NCBI GenBank assembly: GCA_017654855.1
Contig: CM030332.1
Coordinates: 7,316,001 to 7,380,000, forward strand
DNA length: 64,000 nucleotides
DNA from: Podospora anserina
Lineage: Eukaryota
Direction of reading: 5' to 3'
In this document: piece by piece, positions 38,074 through 50,331 of the stretch
Layout of the letters: every line of letters begins with the position of its first letter
Numbering within the stretch: position 1 is the first letter of the stretch
The notes under the pieces: generated by a model
The model's input: the letters and a program-made list of their open reading frames with translations, nothing else
What the model was told of the DNA's origin: nothing
Database searches by the model: none
Position numbers and translations under genes: made by a program

Positions 38074-38942
38074 AGGTCAGTTTCAAGTTTGCCGCAATCA
38101 AGGTACCATAATACCGTGCTCAGGTGCTGTTGTCGAGAGGCCTTTTGGGACTCAAACTATTCAGATGAACAAAACGACTGGGGCCAAAGTTGCCCGCTCA
38201 GTGGTGATGCCAGTCAACTCAACCCTCCCAGTCAACTCAGCCCTCCCCACCCCCAACTCCAACCCTACCAGAATGATCAGCCCTTTTACAGAAGAAGACG
38301 TTTTCATGCTCATATCAGCATCCTCACCTGGTGGTGCCCCTGGGTATGCCTAAGCCTGTTCATATTCGCAACAGAGTGTACGTCGCCTCCACCACTTCCC
38401 ACTTTTGCCAGGCAAACTAACTCACCCAACCTCCAGGGTCCTGCTTTTACTACACCATCCTCCCCCGTCATAGACGTAACCCCCAGCGAACACTGGTACA
38501 CCAACCCCCCTGTGTCGCTATCAAGTGGGTCTCCGGTCTTATCCTCGTTGAGCTCGTCCTTGCGGGCCTCATAATGATAATTTTATTCGTGTGCTATGAT
38601 GCAAGGGAGTTTTTCAGATACTTTTCCGGGGGATGGACAAGGGGGATCGGAGGCGGTGGAACTACGTGATCGAGAAGGGGGAGGAGGGAACAACACCGGG
38701 GCTGGGCACAATAATCGTCACGCAGTGGTGTCTAGGGGGTAGTATACTTCCTGCGAGACTACGATCAAGGGCGTCGGTCTGACGCTTTTGTCTTCTGCGG
38801 GGGAGGCTGCAGACGGGCAGGATGTTGGGACGGGGACGAGGAGGGCCAGGACGGTTTAGTGCCCCTGATGAAAACAGGGTCATGGGGACAAAGGTTTGCA
38901 TAGATCGTGTTTGAAGACAAGGCAAAAAACCAAGTGGAAAGA

Positions 38943-40036
38943 CTATCGCCTCACACACAAATCACTCCTTAGAATCCACTTTTCCCCTGCCGTGACTTCT
39001 TTTCCTTCGTGGAGCATGCAATCGTCGCCGTGTTTATGTAACAGCAACATGCCCGTCTCAGGGCTGATGGGGATGGCTTCTTTCTTGGTTTGTCGATCGT
39101 TTGGGTAGAACACTGTTTCGCCTCCTACGCAACCGTCGGTGGAGGAGGTGAGGTAGAGGAGAAGGGTCCAGGTGGTTTTGACTGGTAGAGAGGGGTTCTC
39201 AGGGGTAGAAAGGGTAAGGTTGTTTGAGTCGTCATCTGAGAAGTGCTGTCAGTCAACTTCCTCAAGGGTCTGGCCAAGAGCGGCTCCCAAGTCCGATGAC
39301 AGGGAGAAGAGGTTGTGATGATGTGTTGATTGTCTTGGATATGATGTGGTGATCGTCGTTTGTGGTTCAAGATGGAAAAAGAAACGACAGATTTGCGGTT
39401 GTGTCGGATCTTTTAGGCGAACTCGGTTCGTGCATGTCTCACTAGACCACCCTTTCTTTGTGTGGGAAAAACTGGCGATTGGACCAGGATTTGGATGGGA
39501 AATATATGCATGACATGACTTACAATGCGCATCAAAAAACTGTCCAGGCGTGTACCGATACACTCTGATATTCGGATTCAACCCTACGACTTCCCCTCCC
39601 CTGATTCACAGCATGTCAGTACCACATAATATTCTAGGCCATGTCTCACAGAGGCTCACCACAAATGAGCCAGATCCGGATTGTCCAGAACGGCCTCCTT
39701 CAGCCCGGTTTCGCTCCATAATCTTTCTGCAAAGAGTGGGTCCTGGACCTGGAACCTGTCATTTACCCTGACGGCCATCCCCCGCTTGGGTTTGCCTGGG
39801 GTTGTAGTCAGGGGAAGGGTCCGCAGGAACGAGACATAGTCACGGCACAGGTTCTTGGGGAAGAATGACCGGAGGACGACGACTTTGTCCTGGATCGGGG
39901 AATCGAAGTCGAGGCTGACTACCGGTAGAGGCGGTCTAAACACCGGCCAGTCAGGGGGCGTCTGTTTGGTGGTGGTGGTGGCGGCGGCGGGGGAGGAAGA
40001 GGGGGTTTGCTTCTTGGGGTGCTTGTCTTTTGCCAT
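38943..40036 (-). CDS. 2-oxoglutarate/Fe(II) dioxygenase (prolyl-4-hydroxylase-like), ~248 aa, 3 exons (40036-39660, 39600-39524, 39235-38943)
   Basis: GLNPNIRVYRYTPGQFFDAH-Y-DD (HxD), WTLLLYL, GGETVFY, MLHEG, KWILRSD. Canonical splice signals restore the frame (747 nt). Confidence 0.88.
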
Positions 40037-40840
40037 GATGGACAGTAGTGGACGGTGGCAGACGGATTGGCTTCCTCTAGTGCCGTGCCGATGAAGGTGA
40101 CACGTCAAGTCAAGAGACAATGGCTGACAGTTGGGTGATAGTAATTGGCTGGTAGAGTGTCTTCGGTGTCGTTATGGTGATTGCTTGTCCGAGATGGCTG
40201 CTGTCTGCATTAGCATGTCGTCTGATATCTGAGCAGCGGCATGCATGTAGCGACCCGGCGCGCTTCCCAGTTTTCCAAGGATGTCCCGTTCCGGACCATT
40301 GGTCTACCCAAGCATGTCTCACTTCTCAGCCTCTGAGACTGCAGGTGGCTCTAGTTGGTGACACTGTTCGTTGACTGACAGGAGGAACGGCAGGGGAACA
40401 TCCTATTGGGGGATGGGATATGCCTGGCAGCTTGTGGCGTGTCAATTGTCTCATAGAGAGAGGGGGGGAGAGAGATGTGTACCTGGGGTGTGCCGCGACC
40501 AAAGCGACAACCGACGAGAGTGGTGAGATGCTCGTACCCTTGTTACTGGTGCCATAGTTCACGAACGAGGTCGATCTGAGGTCGATTCCAGCGGGTGCGC
40601 CAAGGCGCCTCGATAACGTTAAATGCATCGCCCCGCGAAATAGCACGCCAGGGAACAGGGGGTGACAGCGCCGGCCAATGACAGGCCAAGACATTCCGAG
40701 ACACCAGACCAATCTTTTCCAAAGCTCCAACGACAGCTTTTCAGAACTCACATCCACACCATCGACAAATCGCGACGCTGTGTCCATTCTTTTTCTGGGG
40801 CTGTCGGTCCGTCTCTCCTTTCGCCTTCTCTCGCTCCCAA

Positions 40841-41572
40841 ATGCCGCTCCTCAGTTTCCTCGCCAGTAAGCTGCTCGGCGTCGAGCCAGCCTCGGAACAG
40901 GCAAAGAAACAACAGAATCTCAATGTATCAACAACAATAACAACAACAGCAACAGCGGTGCCTTCAACGGCAAGCCCCACTGGCCCACAACCGGTGCCCA
41001 CATCCGCACCGACACCACCATCAGACAAAGCTACGGCGCCAGCTACATCACCGAGACCAAGCCAGCAGCCCTATGAGCGACCGCCATACCCCCCTGTCTT
41101 TTCGGAACGCTCACTCCGGCAAATGGGCTTGATGGCCGCCGGCGGTGGCTTTCTGGCCCTCTCCATCCTCGTCACAAGACGGGCCATTGCCAGGCAGATG
41201 ATCATGTCCCGGCTCAAGTACTACTCATCCAACCCAATAGCGCTGCCGTCGCAGCCGTTGAAGAGGGATCCCTTGATTGCCTTCACCGCCCTGAACTATG
41301 CAACTCTGAATACCATGGCCTTTGGCATCATGTTTGTGGGAGGGTTGTCGTGGGCATTCAACATCTCGACTCTGGAAGAGCTGAGACAAGCCTCGCGGTA
41401 CTCCATGGCCCGGTCCATCAGCTCGGCCATGGGAGGTGAGGAGGACAAGGAAGCCGAGAAGGAGCTCGTCGAGTGGATGGCAAAGCAGCTCAACATGGAT
41501 CTGCCCAAGAAACCAGAAGATGGATCGCCGGCATCACCTCCGGCGGATGATAAGCCAACCAAGACACCCTGA
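40841..41572 (+). CDS. AIM11: Altered inheritance of mitochondria protein 11-like membrane protein, 243 aa
   Basis: RSLRQMGLMAAGGGFLALSILVTRRAI and ALNYATLNTMAFGIMFVGGLSWAFNISTLEELR match the two-TM AIM11 pattern. Confidence 0.75.
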   Translation: MPLLSFLASKLLGVEPASEQAKKQQNLNVSTTITTTATAVPSTASPTGPQPVPTSAPTPPSDKATAPATSPRPSQQPYERPPYPPVFSERSLRQMGLMAAGGGFLALSILVTRRAIARQMIMSRLKYYSSNPIALPSQPLKRDPLIAFTALNYATLNTMAFGIMFVGGLSWAFNISTLEELRQASRYSMARSISSAMGGEEDKEAEKELVEWMAKQLNMDLPKKPEDGSPASPPADDKPTKTP

Positions 41573-42034
41573 TGGACAGCCAGCTTGGAAAGGATTGGCT
41601 CTGAAGGGGAAAAAAAAATATCAACGACAGCACAACGCTAGTGTAAAATCTAGCCTGGGCTGTACGATAGATCTTTTTCCGATGTAGATGGTCTAACGGC
41701 ACACACACATAACGAACCGGGGTCAGCCACATACGCCCTCGTCATGCAGGCGTGCATGATTGAATCAGGAAAACGCAGCTGTTAGATCAATCCATCTCGA
41801 CTCTCCTGACGCCATCTTCCCGCTCTTGCATTTTTCCATGTCGTGTGCCATGTCGGGTACCGCACTCGTGTTATAAATATGCCCCATCATGGCCATGCTG
41901 TCTGTCAGTCCCCGTTTTGTCTGGACCGTCCAGCCTCTCTGATACACATATCCTTTCTGGGTGGGATCTTGCTTTTTTATTCTGGTGATATCCTGCTATT
42001 TGATCCTTGTTTGATTTTGAAACACATTCTCGCC

Positions 42035-43331
42035 ATGTCACCCTTTGAAATTCGAGTCCATTGCTACACCCTCGAAAACCCCAGCAATGAGCACCACCAC
42101 CTCGAATCCCCGATCAACATTCTCTCTTCGTTGACTGCCGATCCCCCACCCAGCCATATCATCACTCGAGCAAGAGGAGGAACTCGCGACAACCACGTCG
42201 CCTACATCTCCATCTCTTCGCTCATCGTGACCCAGCCTTTTGAGCGTCGGTCATACTGCCATGGAATTGTGGAGTCTGACAGCCCTTGGCCGAGTGAAAA
42301 GGGGGACAAGGTCTGGCTGAGAAGCGATATACCGTTGCTGGTGGGGCATAAAGGGGTACCGGTGTATAACATCACCAAGGGCGTGTGTTGCGAGGTTTGG
42401 TATGCCAGCGTTCGTTCCTTCCAGTTCCCACCCTGACTAGCTGGTTCCTTCCTGCCGTTTGCTCCCCTCACCCTTGCCCCTTCCCACATTCATGTGTGGC
42501 TCCTTCCCACATTCATGTGTGGCTCCTTCCCACATTCATGTGTGGCTCCTTCCGCCAGTGCTGTTTCAAGCCGTGGCTCCTTCCCACCATGGCCCTTCAC
42601 CCAGCGTTGCTCCTGCCAAAACAACACTTGCACTTTTGGTTCCTTCCCCACATTATTACCCCTTTAAACACACATTAGCACATTTACCCCTTTGACACAT
42701 TTCCACATTCCCACGTTCCCCCCGTCCCCCCTTTCCAACCGGCACAACCCCCCGCCCTCCACTTCCCGCCCAATATCACTTTGAAACATCGACATCTCTC
42801 TGACAAACCTCTGTTCAACAACCAGGATCGACAGCGTCGGCTGGCGCTGGGACAAACAGTCCATCTCATCCGCACCACAAGCCAGACGCCCCGACCCAAG
42901 GAAGCTGATCCTAGCAGGACCGGCAAGGAACGGGGGTGTAGGAACCGGTATCATGAGCAGGGATGACGACAGCGCGGCAAAGATGCAGATGGCGATTATC
43001 TCTGCCGGGGAAGGGTCTCCAACGCGAGATGAGGGAAAGATTCAAGGCGGTCAGGTGTTACGGGGTGGGTATCGCCACCACCACCACCAGCAACAAACTC
43101 AAAACCAGATTCGGTGTTTAACCGTCAGGGAGCTGGAGGAGGGGTGGGAGGATGTCATTGGGAAGAGGGTAAGTTTCCTGCCTACCTACGCGGAACACAA
43201 TATTTTGGACGTGAGAAAAGGGGCTAACATTGTGTTGTTGGTAGGGCACCCTTCTGGCCTCGGGGTCGAATAATGGGGGTGAGAATGTCAAGGTCAAAAG
43301 GAGGGCGGTGGTGAAGAAGATGCCAATGTAA
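42035..43331 (+). CDS. Orphan protein, ~264 aa, 3 exons (42035-42399, 42826-43168, 43245-43331)
   Basis: GCCATG start. Intron 1 TG|GTATGC...CTGAC...CAG|G gives CCEVW-IDSVGWRWDK. Intron 2 GTAAGT...GCTAAC...TAG gives VIGKR-GTLLAS...KKMPM*. Total 795 nt, in frame. Confidence 0.6.
42481..42553. repeat. 23-bp tandem repeat (TTCCCACATTCATGTGTGGCTCC)x3 with internal inverted repeat
   Basis: Three perfect units read directly, each containing CACAT-TC-ATGTG. Confidence 0.92.
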
Positions 43332-43489
43332 AAATGCCACAGTGAAGATTTGATATAAAGGGAAGCTAATAGTCGACATAATCTTTTATAAAAGCCACTT
43401 TCATCAAACAGTGACAAAACCCAAAACAAATGACATCAAACTCCATTCCCCAACTCCAAAAAAGACCCGTACAAAATAAAAACTTTCCA

Positions 43490-46400
43490 TCAAGCTCTTA
43501 GAAACCCAGGACTCTGCTCACTCGCCCCGCTCACCCCGGTCCTGTCGGCCCAGGTGATATCCACCACCGCCCTCTCCGTATCCCACGGCACAACGCTCGC
43601 CCACCTCGGCCACCGCCTCACAAAAACTCTGTTCACCGCCCTGGCCAGGGCACTGGCCGGAAACGCGAGAACCCCCCAGTTCGCCCACGCCGCCGCCCTC
43701 GTATTTTTGCTAGCAAACGGCTCGAGCATATCATTGACGAATGCCCTCCTCCAGTTGTTATTTGACAGCCAGATCCGCCGTTCTTGGTCCAGCGCTAGAT
43801 ACAGCACCGAGGAGAAAACAGTCGTGAGGATAGACAGGCAAATGATAAGCGAGGCGGGGGAGGCAGTATGGGTAGATAACTTGAAGGGTGCCGGTCTGGG
43901 AGGGGGGGGAGGAAAGGATGCATCGTCGGCAACAGAGGGGGCGGGGGTGGGGGTTTTCCGGAAGGCAAAGGGGTCGACTGGGGGGGTTTCTTCCGTCTTC
44001 GCTTGTGGCTCTGGCTTGGGGGGAGGACCGCCATCGCGGCGCATGGGGAATTCGGTACTTTCTGACCTCTCGTCCACGTCGGAAGCGGAGGCTCTTCTGA
44101 AGGGGTTGGAGAAGGAGTCCAGGGAGGGGATGTACGATGCTGTGGAGAGGCGGCGCGGTGGGGATGAGCGTTCACTCCTCGGACTCGGGACGCTGGTGGG
44201 GGTTCTGGGACGGGAGGGGGGGACTCTGGTCGAGCTGGTGGGGGGGGAAGGGATGTTGAAGGTAGGAGGGGTGAAGGTAGGGGGGTGGTAGTTTTCGGCG
44301 TAATTTTTGGGGAAGAAGCGCCAGTGGATGTACCTGAACAAGTATTTCACCCAGGCGAAGGCGTAGCCGACCATGTCGAAGGGGGTGGTGAGGATGAGGA
44401 GGATGGTGGAGTAGAACTCTGCTGGGGCGGAGAGGGCAAAGAGGATGACCCAGAGGAAGGAGGTCAAGATATGGCAGATGACTGTGGGGACGGTGGTGGA
44501 GGCGGAAAAGACGCCATGGCCGTGGTGGCCTTGACAAGTGCGGCGGCTTCGTCGGGTTGACGTGCGGTTGCTCGCCAGTGAAGGGTCGTCGGGCTTCACT
44601 GGCTGCGTTTCCGCGTTGGTGCCCTCTTCAATGACGGTCACCATCTGACCATGCCCGCAACAGCCGTCACTGAGGGCATTGTAATACAGCTTTGGCGCGA
44701 AGTACTTGAGCAGGGAGCAGAAACAAGCCGCCTCGGCGTGTTTGCTGTGGGTTTTGGTAGAGTAAAGATGCATCACCTTTTCCCGAATCAGAGACTCAAT
44801 ACGCCGGCGGCGGGTGGCGTATTGATCTTCAACAGCATCCTGGTTGACGAGGATGTTGGTAGTGACGACTTCGAGCGGCGACTTGAGCGTGTCTTTGAGA
44901 GACAGGTCCTCGACAGGGTCGTGACGGAGAATTTTCTTGAGTCGTCTCACGCGGGCCTCAAGTAGAATCTTATCGTCCATGTCATTCCTGTCGGCGATCT
45001 TCTTCTTGAGTGTCTTGATCAGCTGCTTGAGCGGTTCAATATAATCAGGTTTGAAAACACCGTCCACCCATTCGCTGTAGTCATTGACCCATTTCTCGAG
45101 CTCGTTAGTGATCCCACTCAACTTGACCTCGCGCTTGATGACTGGGGCAACCTCCCATACCAGATCCTCAAAATAGTCTGCGCTTCTGCCGCTGTCCAGA
45201 TGTCGCTTTACGCAGCCGTCGACGTAGAACTCCTCCTCTGTCGAAAGTTTCGTTCCCAGCAGTTCCGTCTCAAGCTCATTATACCTGGTTCTCAGCTCGT
45301 CTCCTTCTTCGTGTCTCTTGATCACCACCTCCAGAGCATCCGCGAACTTGGACGTAAGATAGCGCTCATATTCTATCGTGCCCTTCCGGGCCTCGATTTG
45401 CGAGGCGATACCCTGTTTGCATTCTTGCAACCAATTCAAGCACAGGACCGCGTCCCAGCCCGGGTTGACGCATAACTGAAATTCCTTGTACGCTCTACAA
45501 ACGTAGAAAAGCTCGTGCTCCTTCCGGCTAGTGGGGGCGAGAAGAGTATAAGGGGGCTGCCCGGTGACCTCGAAAACTTTCTTTAAAGCCGTCTTCATCT
45601 CTGGCTCGTATCGTTGGAGCAAGGGTTTCAGGAATGAGTTGTCTAGCTTTCGATTGTCTTCATCGGTAACCATAGTGACGTGTCCCAAGATTGTGATGAA
45701 CCCTTCAAGCACCTTGTATAGATCAGGGTTGAAACGATCGTCGAACGGGAAATCCTCTTCAGGGCCACGGGGAGTTGAGGGGGAGGAGCCACCGGAAGCT
45801 ATGGAAGGTGATTTGGCGTGGGATTCCTTGGGCACTGAGGGCTTTGGAGCCTCTGGAGACTTCTTAGCATCGCCGGGTGACTGCGGCTCCCTGGGTGGGG
45901 ATGAAAGAGCACCCTTCGGCGATGGAGAATTCCCCTCCTCAGACGCGCGTATGACCGCTTCGAGCTTTGCAAGATTCGCAGAATGAACGCTGCTTATCTC
46001 ATGCTCGAATGGATAAGTGTTAGGAGATGTCTCTGGATCCCCCGTTTTCTCGATGTCAGTACATATAACCTGTCCGATGGGAGATGGGATACTCACCCGG
46101 TGCATTCTTTTCAGGCTCGTCCACGAAAACCAGGTTAGGCGGTGCCTTCCTCTGCGTCACACGTCTGCCCGTTATCAGCGGCGACCGTTCTTCCCTTGGC
46201 TTCTTTGAAGGAGTCACGGGCTCGGGCTTGCGCCTGGAAGCCTTCTCCGCAGTGTCTTTCCGTCGGTACTGATGCTGTAGCCGTTCAATGCTGGATGCAA
46301 TCATATCTCCCTCGTGCCTCAGAGCAGTAGGCGACCCAAGCCCGGACCGCACGCGGGACCGCCACCCAAGAAGCATCTCGTTGAGCCCTTCCAGCTCTTT

Positions 46401-47972
46401 GATCATGTTCCGAGCCGCATCACGAGTTTCTTTTGCCTCCTTTAGGCCCGGCTCCTGCTCCTCTTTGTCTTTCGCCGGGCTGTTGAACACATCGTACATG
46501 GAGTTGACCAGATCGGCCAGCCCGCTCACAGTCTCGGGAGACGGATTCTGGTTCTTCTTGAGTTTGCCGGCCTGTTCCAGGATCGGTTTGGCCTTTTCCG
46601 CACTCTCACGATGCTGATCTACGTTCGCTTCGGTCTGGTTGATCAACTGGTCAAGCCTGTTGAGCTGGGGAATGTATGCTCTGCTCGCCCTGCCGAAGTT
46701 CTCCACTTGCTGGCGAATTTGATTGATCTGGTTGTCGCTGTCAACCTCGAGCCGCCTGACCTTCTTTTCCAACTCCTCGGCTCGCCGCTTGACTCTGTCG
46801 TACTGTTCCCAAAGGTCCTTCAATTCTTGTTCCTTCTTTTGAAGCTTCCCAGACATCTCTGACCGCTGCTCTGACAGCATATCCCGCAAGTGCCGAATTT
46901 CGGCTTGCACCTTCTCCTTCTCCTTCTTGAGGGTTTCTTCATTCCCTTCTCTCAAGACCTGCATGGCAGTTTCCAGGTGGTTACTGGCGGCCTTTATATC
47001 TTCATTTTCGGCTTTCAACACGGCGTTCTCATCCTTCAGCTCCTTCATCCACTCTTCATATTGCGCCTTTTGCGCTTGGAGACCAGCGGCAGTCACTGTG
47101 ACAGATTCGATGGCACCCGTTGAAGTGAGCTCGGCCGCTGGGTTGATAGCCTCGAGAGCAGCCCTGAGTCGCGCAACCTTGTCTTCCAGTTTCCCGACCC
47201 TGGCTTGCGCCGCTTCTGCTTTGTCTTCGGCACGGGTGATATTTGCCAAGTAATCGTCCCGTTCTTTTCTCGCAATATCGTCGCTCATAGTGTGGACAAC
47301 CCGGCCGTCTTCGATCACGGTGCCGCCAGGAGTTGTCTGCAGACTCTTCCTACTGCTTAGAGTCTGGTTCAACCTCCGATTCTCGACCTGTTTGACTCTC
47401 AGTTGTTGGGTCAGGTCCTTGACCTGGTCCTCCAAGTCATGGTTCATGTCCTCCAAATTTCCGATGAGATCCTCGGCCTCTTTGTTTTGGTCCTTCAGGT
47501 GGTAGTTTTCGTTGGTCAACACTGAATTCTGTTCCCTCAACACGTCCCGTTCCACCCGCATATCCGTCAGCTTTTTACACATAACGCTCCCGCTTCGCAG
47601 AGTGTTCATCCAGCCTTTCATCGCACGGTCGTAGTCTAGTTCGAGAAATCTGAAGCACGTAACAATAGGCTCATTATCGTTGTAGTCAAACCATTTGCCA
47701 ACCACCTTGCTTGCTTTGATACTTTTCCAGAAGCCCTCGATAGGAGGATCGGTGGCAGTGGCCAGCAGCTCGCTGAGCCTTGACTCCCCGGCTTTGCTCC
47801 ACGAGCTGAGGTTCCAAGGATCATAGGAATACCTAATTTTATATATGCTCTCGGATTCTCTGGCATTTGGACGCCTAGGTCGAGCTGGCCGGCGTGGGGG
47901 GGTGCTCATGGTTCCCATCTCTGGTGAAGCGCGCGCTTCCAGGGCTTGCGAGTCATGGTGGTCCCCAGACAT
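43490..47972 (-). CDS. Large (~1472 aa) coiled-coil protein with C-terminal transmembrane segments, unknown function; 2 exons (47972-46097, 46032-43490)
   Basis: Two overlapping long ORFs are joined in frame by intron GTGAGT...TACTGAC...CAG (64 nt; NAP-E-TSPN). N-terminal heptad region. Hydrophobic segments ILTSFLWVILFALS, STILLILTTPF and LIICLSILTTVFSSVLYLAL. Confidence 0.8.
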
Positions 47973-48479
47973 TGTCGCAGAGCTTTTTGCTGGTTGTAGA
48001 CGTGTAGAATAAGCAGGCGGCTGGTAACCAAATAACTCGCACCGAGAAAACAAAACCCGGTGACATTTGCGAGAGCGAAGGTCAGGAGCTTCATATCAAG
48101 CAGCACCGAACAAACACGGGAAACTGGTGGACTGCACAATGAACGGAGCAACTGGACAAAGAAGCGTTGCGGTCTTTTGCCGCCCAAGTTTCGCGACATC
48201 ATCGCGTTACAGACAAAGACTTTGGGCCTGTAGATGCTTGCGGATGCAGGCCCAGAGCTTTCCACTCGAACAACTAAAACAAAGAACACTTCCCCCGCCC
48301 GATACCGGTCAGATTGTAAGTAGCTGTACCAAAGCGGCTAACCAAACACGGGCAACTTACTGGTAACTAATTACACGGCCAGGAATTTCCAAAGCCATAG
48401 CTCTTCCTCCATACGTACCACACAGCAAAAATCGTCCACAGCTCTGGTGTTGCAAACCCTCAGCACACTCAATGTCGCG

Positions 48480-49837
48480 TCAATAATACCAACCACGTGC
48501 GCCAGGTCCAGTCTGGTCCTCTTCTTGACGGTGTGGTATTATAGGCTGCTTGATGCCAAAAGCCTCGATGATAGCGCTCCACATCTCCATGTCGATTGAC
48601 ATGATAGCCTGATGTCTCATAGGCGCTCTGGCTCGTGATGCCGACTCGGCCTCGTCATCTCGTGCCTTGTACGGCACTGTCACTCAGTGTCAGCATCTTT
48701 CACGGTCCGCGCAAGGCTTCAGGATTGTCACGTACCAATACCTGGCAGGCCATTGCCGTCAAATTTGAGCTCGATATTGCCCTCGTGCAGCAAGAAACTG
48801 ACGTAGAACATGTTCTCTACTGTTTGGCCATACGAATGTGGGTTGATTACGAAGCGTAACAGATCCACATTGCCACTGCCGTTAAGACCAAGCCCATCCA
48901 TCACCTGCCGCAACTGTTCTTCCGAGAGTTCAGTCCCACGGTCCGCCTCAAGTTGTCTGCACTTCTCTCGGGCCAAATCCTGAGCTTTTGATTCATGGGC
49001 TTCCAGCCGGACCAGGATGTTCTTGCAAATGGAGGGAAGATCGTTCCTGGTATTTCGCTTGAGGTCTTCTGCCCGGAGTTCCTGAGGTCGTACCTCTATA
49101 AGATTGCTGACTTTGAAAGGCGCTGACCGTTTGGTGACCTTTCGGGCCTTCTTCTCTATCGAAAGCGGCCCCAACAGGAACCCTGGCACGGGAGGCCTAA
49201 GGATGGCTGGTATCGCGGCGTAGCGACCGAGGTGTGTCCAGTTGGCCATGTCGCCTTCGTCGCCGATATCCTCCTCGTCGCTGCCCAGAGCTCCACGAGG
49301 CTGTCTCCTCCTTCTTTGGGTGTTTGATAACTCGGCAGCCTCGTCGTTCTCGATACCACCGCCGTTCCGCATAAACGTAGAAGCCTTAGATATAAATTCA
49401 TCCAAGTCAAGACCGCCGACGTTTCCTTGTCCAATCTTCTGTGCTCGCTTGACACTCATGTCTGCGATCGAGACTAGGACCCTGGCGTCAATTGCCGCCT
49501 CATTGGTCTGCTTGACCCTAACCAGGGTCGCGTCCTGCTTATCAAGTATGCGAATCAACGGATTGTGATCCTCTCCGATAAGTCGGTCCTGATTCTCCTT
49601 TAATTCTCTCCATGACTCCCGCATAGACCGTTGGATCTGGCGACGCTCCTGCATTGGCTGTTCCGGGTCGTACTCATCCCCATCGCCGTGGTCCGCTTGT
49701 ACTGATGGCTCTCTAACTCCGCGACGGCTGGTCGATGGGTCGCCGCCAATATCAGATGTACGTTTCCGAGAGCTTCTTGTTGGGGGCTCGTTCTCTTTAC
49801 CTCGCCCACGGACGGCGAGGTGATTGCGGTCGTCCAT
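48480..49837 (-). CDS. NSE4: Smc5/6 complex kleisin subunit Nse4, ~432 aa, 2 exons (49837-48736, 48676-48480)
   Basis: VKQTNEAAIDARVLV, FLLGPLSIEKK, LLRFVINPHSYGQTVENMFYVSFL, HQAIMSID...W...IPHR. Intron GTACGT...GCTGAC...CAG. Confidence 0.92.
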
Positions 49838-50331
49838 TTTGCTAGAGATGGGATCCAAGATTAAGCCGACGATACGGCGAATGTGGTGAGTTTGGTGAAG
49901 CTTGAGCGAAAGGAAGGATAGTATTTATTACAATTATTGAACGGTAATTGAAAGTTGAGGTTGACTGGTGACGGGAACTGAAGAGGGGAGGTGGTATATC
50001 TGAAGTTGGAAGACACATTAATGAGTGGGAAGACGCGATTGCTCGCCAAGGAAAGTTTAGGCAGCTGAAGTGGGGTGTTGGTTCAGCTGGAGAAGTGGGG
50101 CAGAGCTTGTGAGCTGGAAGCGACAGGGTTCTTTTTAGTGGGCGTTTGCCCACTGAAGGGCATCTTACAGCGTGACGTTGCAGCTGCTGCCACCCGTTTG
50201 CGCAACAAGTGATTCCATCGCCGTGCAAAGACAAAGTTGCGCTTTGGTCTCCTAACGTTCTAATCAGAGAGGCGAGCTGATTGAATATAGAGAGAGACCG
50301 CGAGCTCTCCGTCACTCCCGTCGTTGTCGAA

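Noticed and set aside
42440-42650. Repeat-spacer-like array resembling CRISPR
   Set aside because: Eukaryotic context, no cas genes, the perfect units are contiguous with no unique spacers, and the dispersed motif is only 10 bp.
46056-46105. Overlap of two long ORFs suggesting a programmed frameshift or pseudogene
   Set aside because: A canonical intron (46096-46033) joins them in frame.
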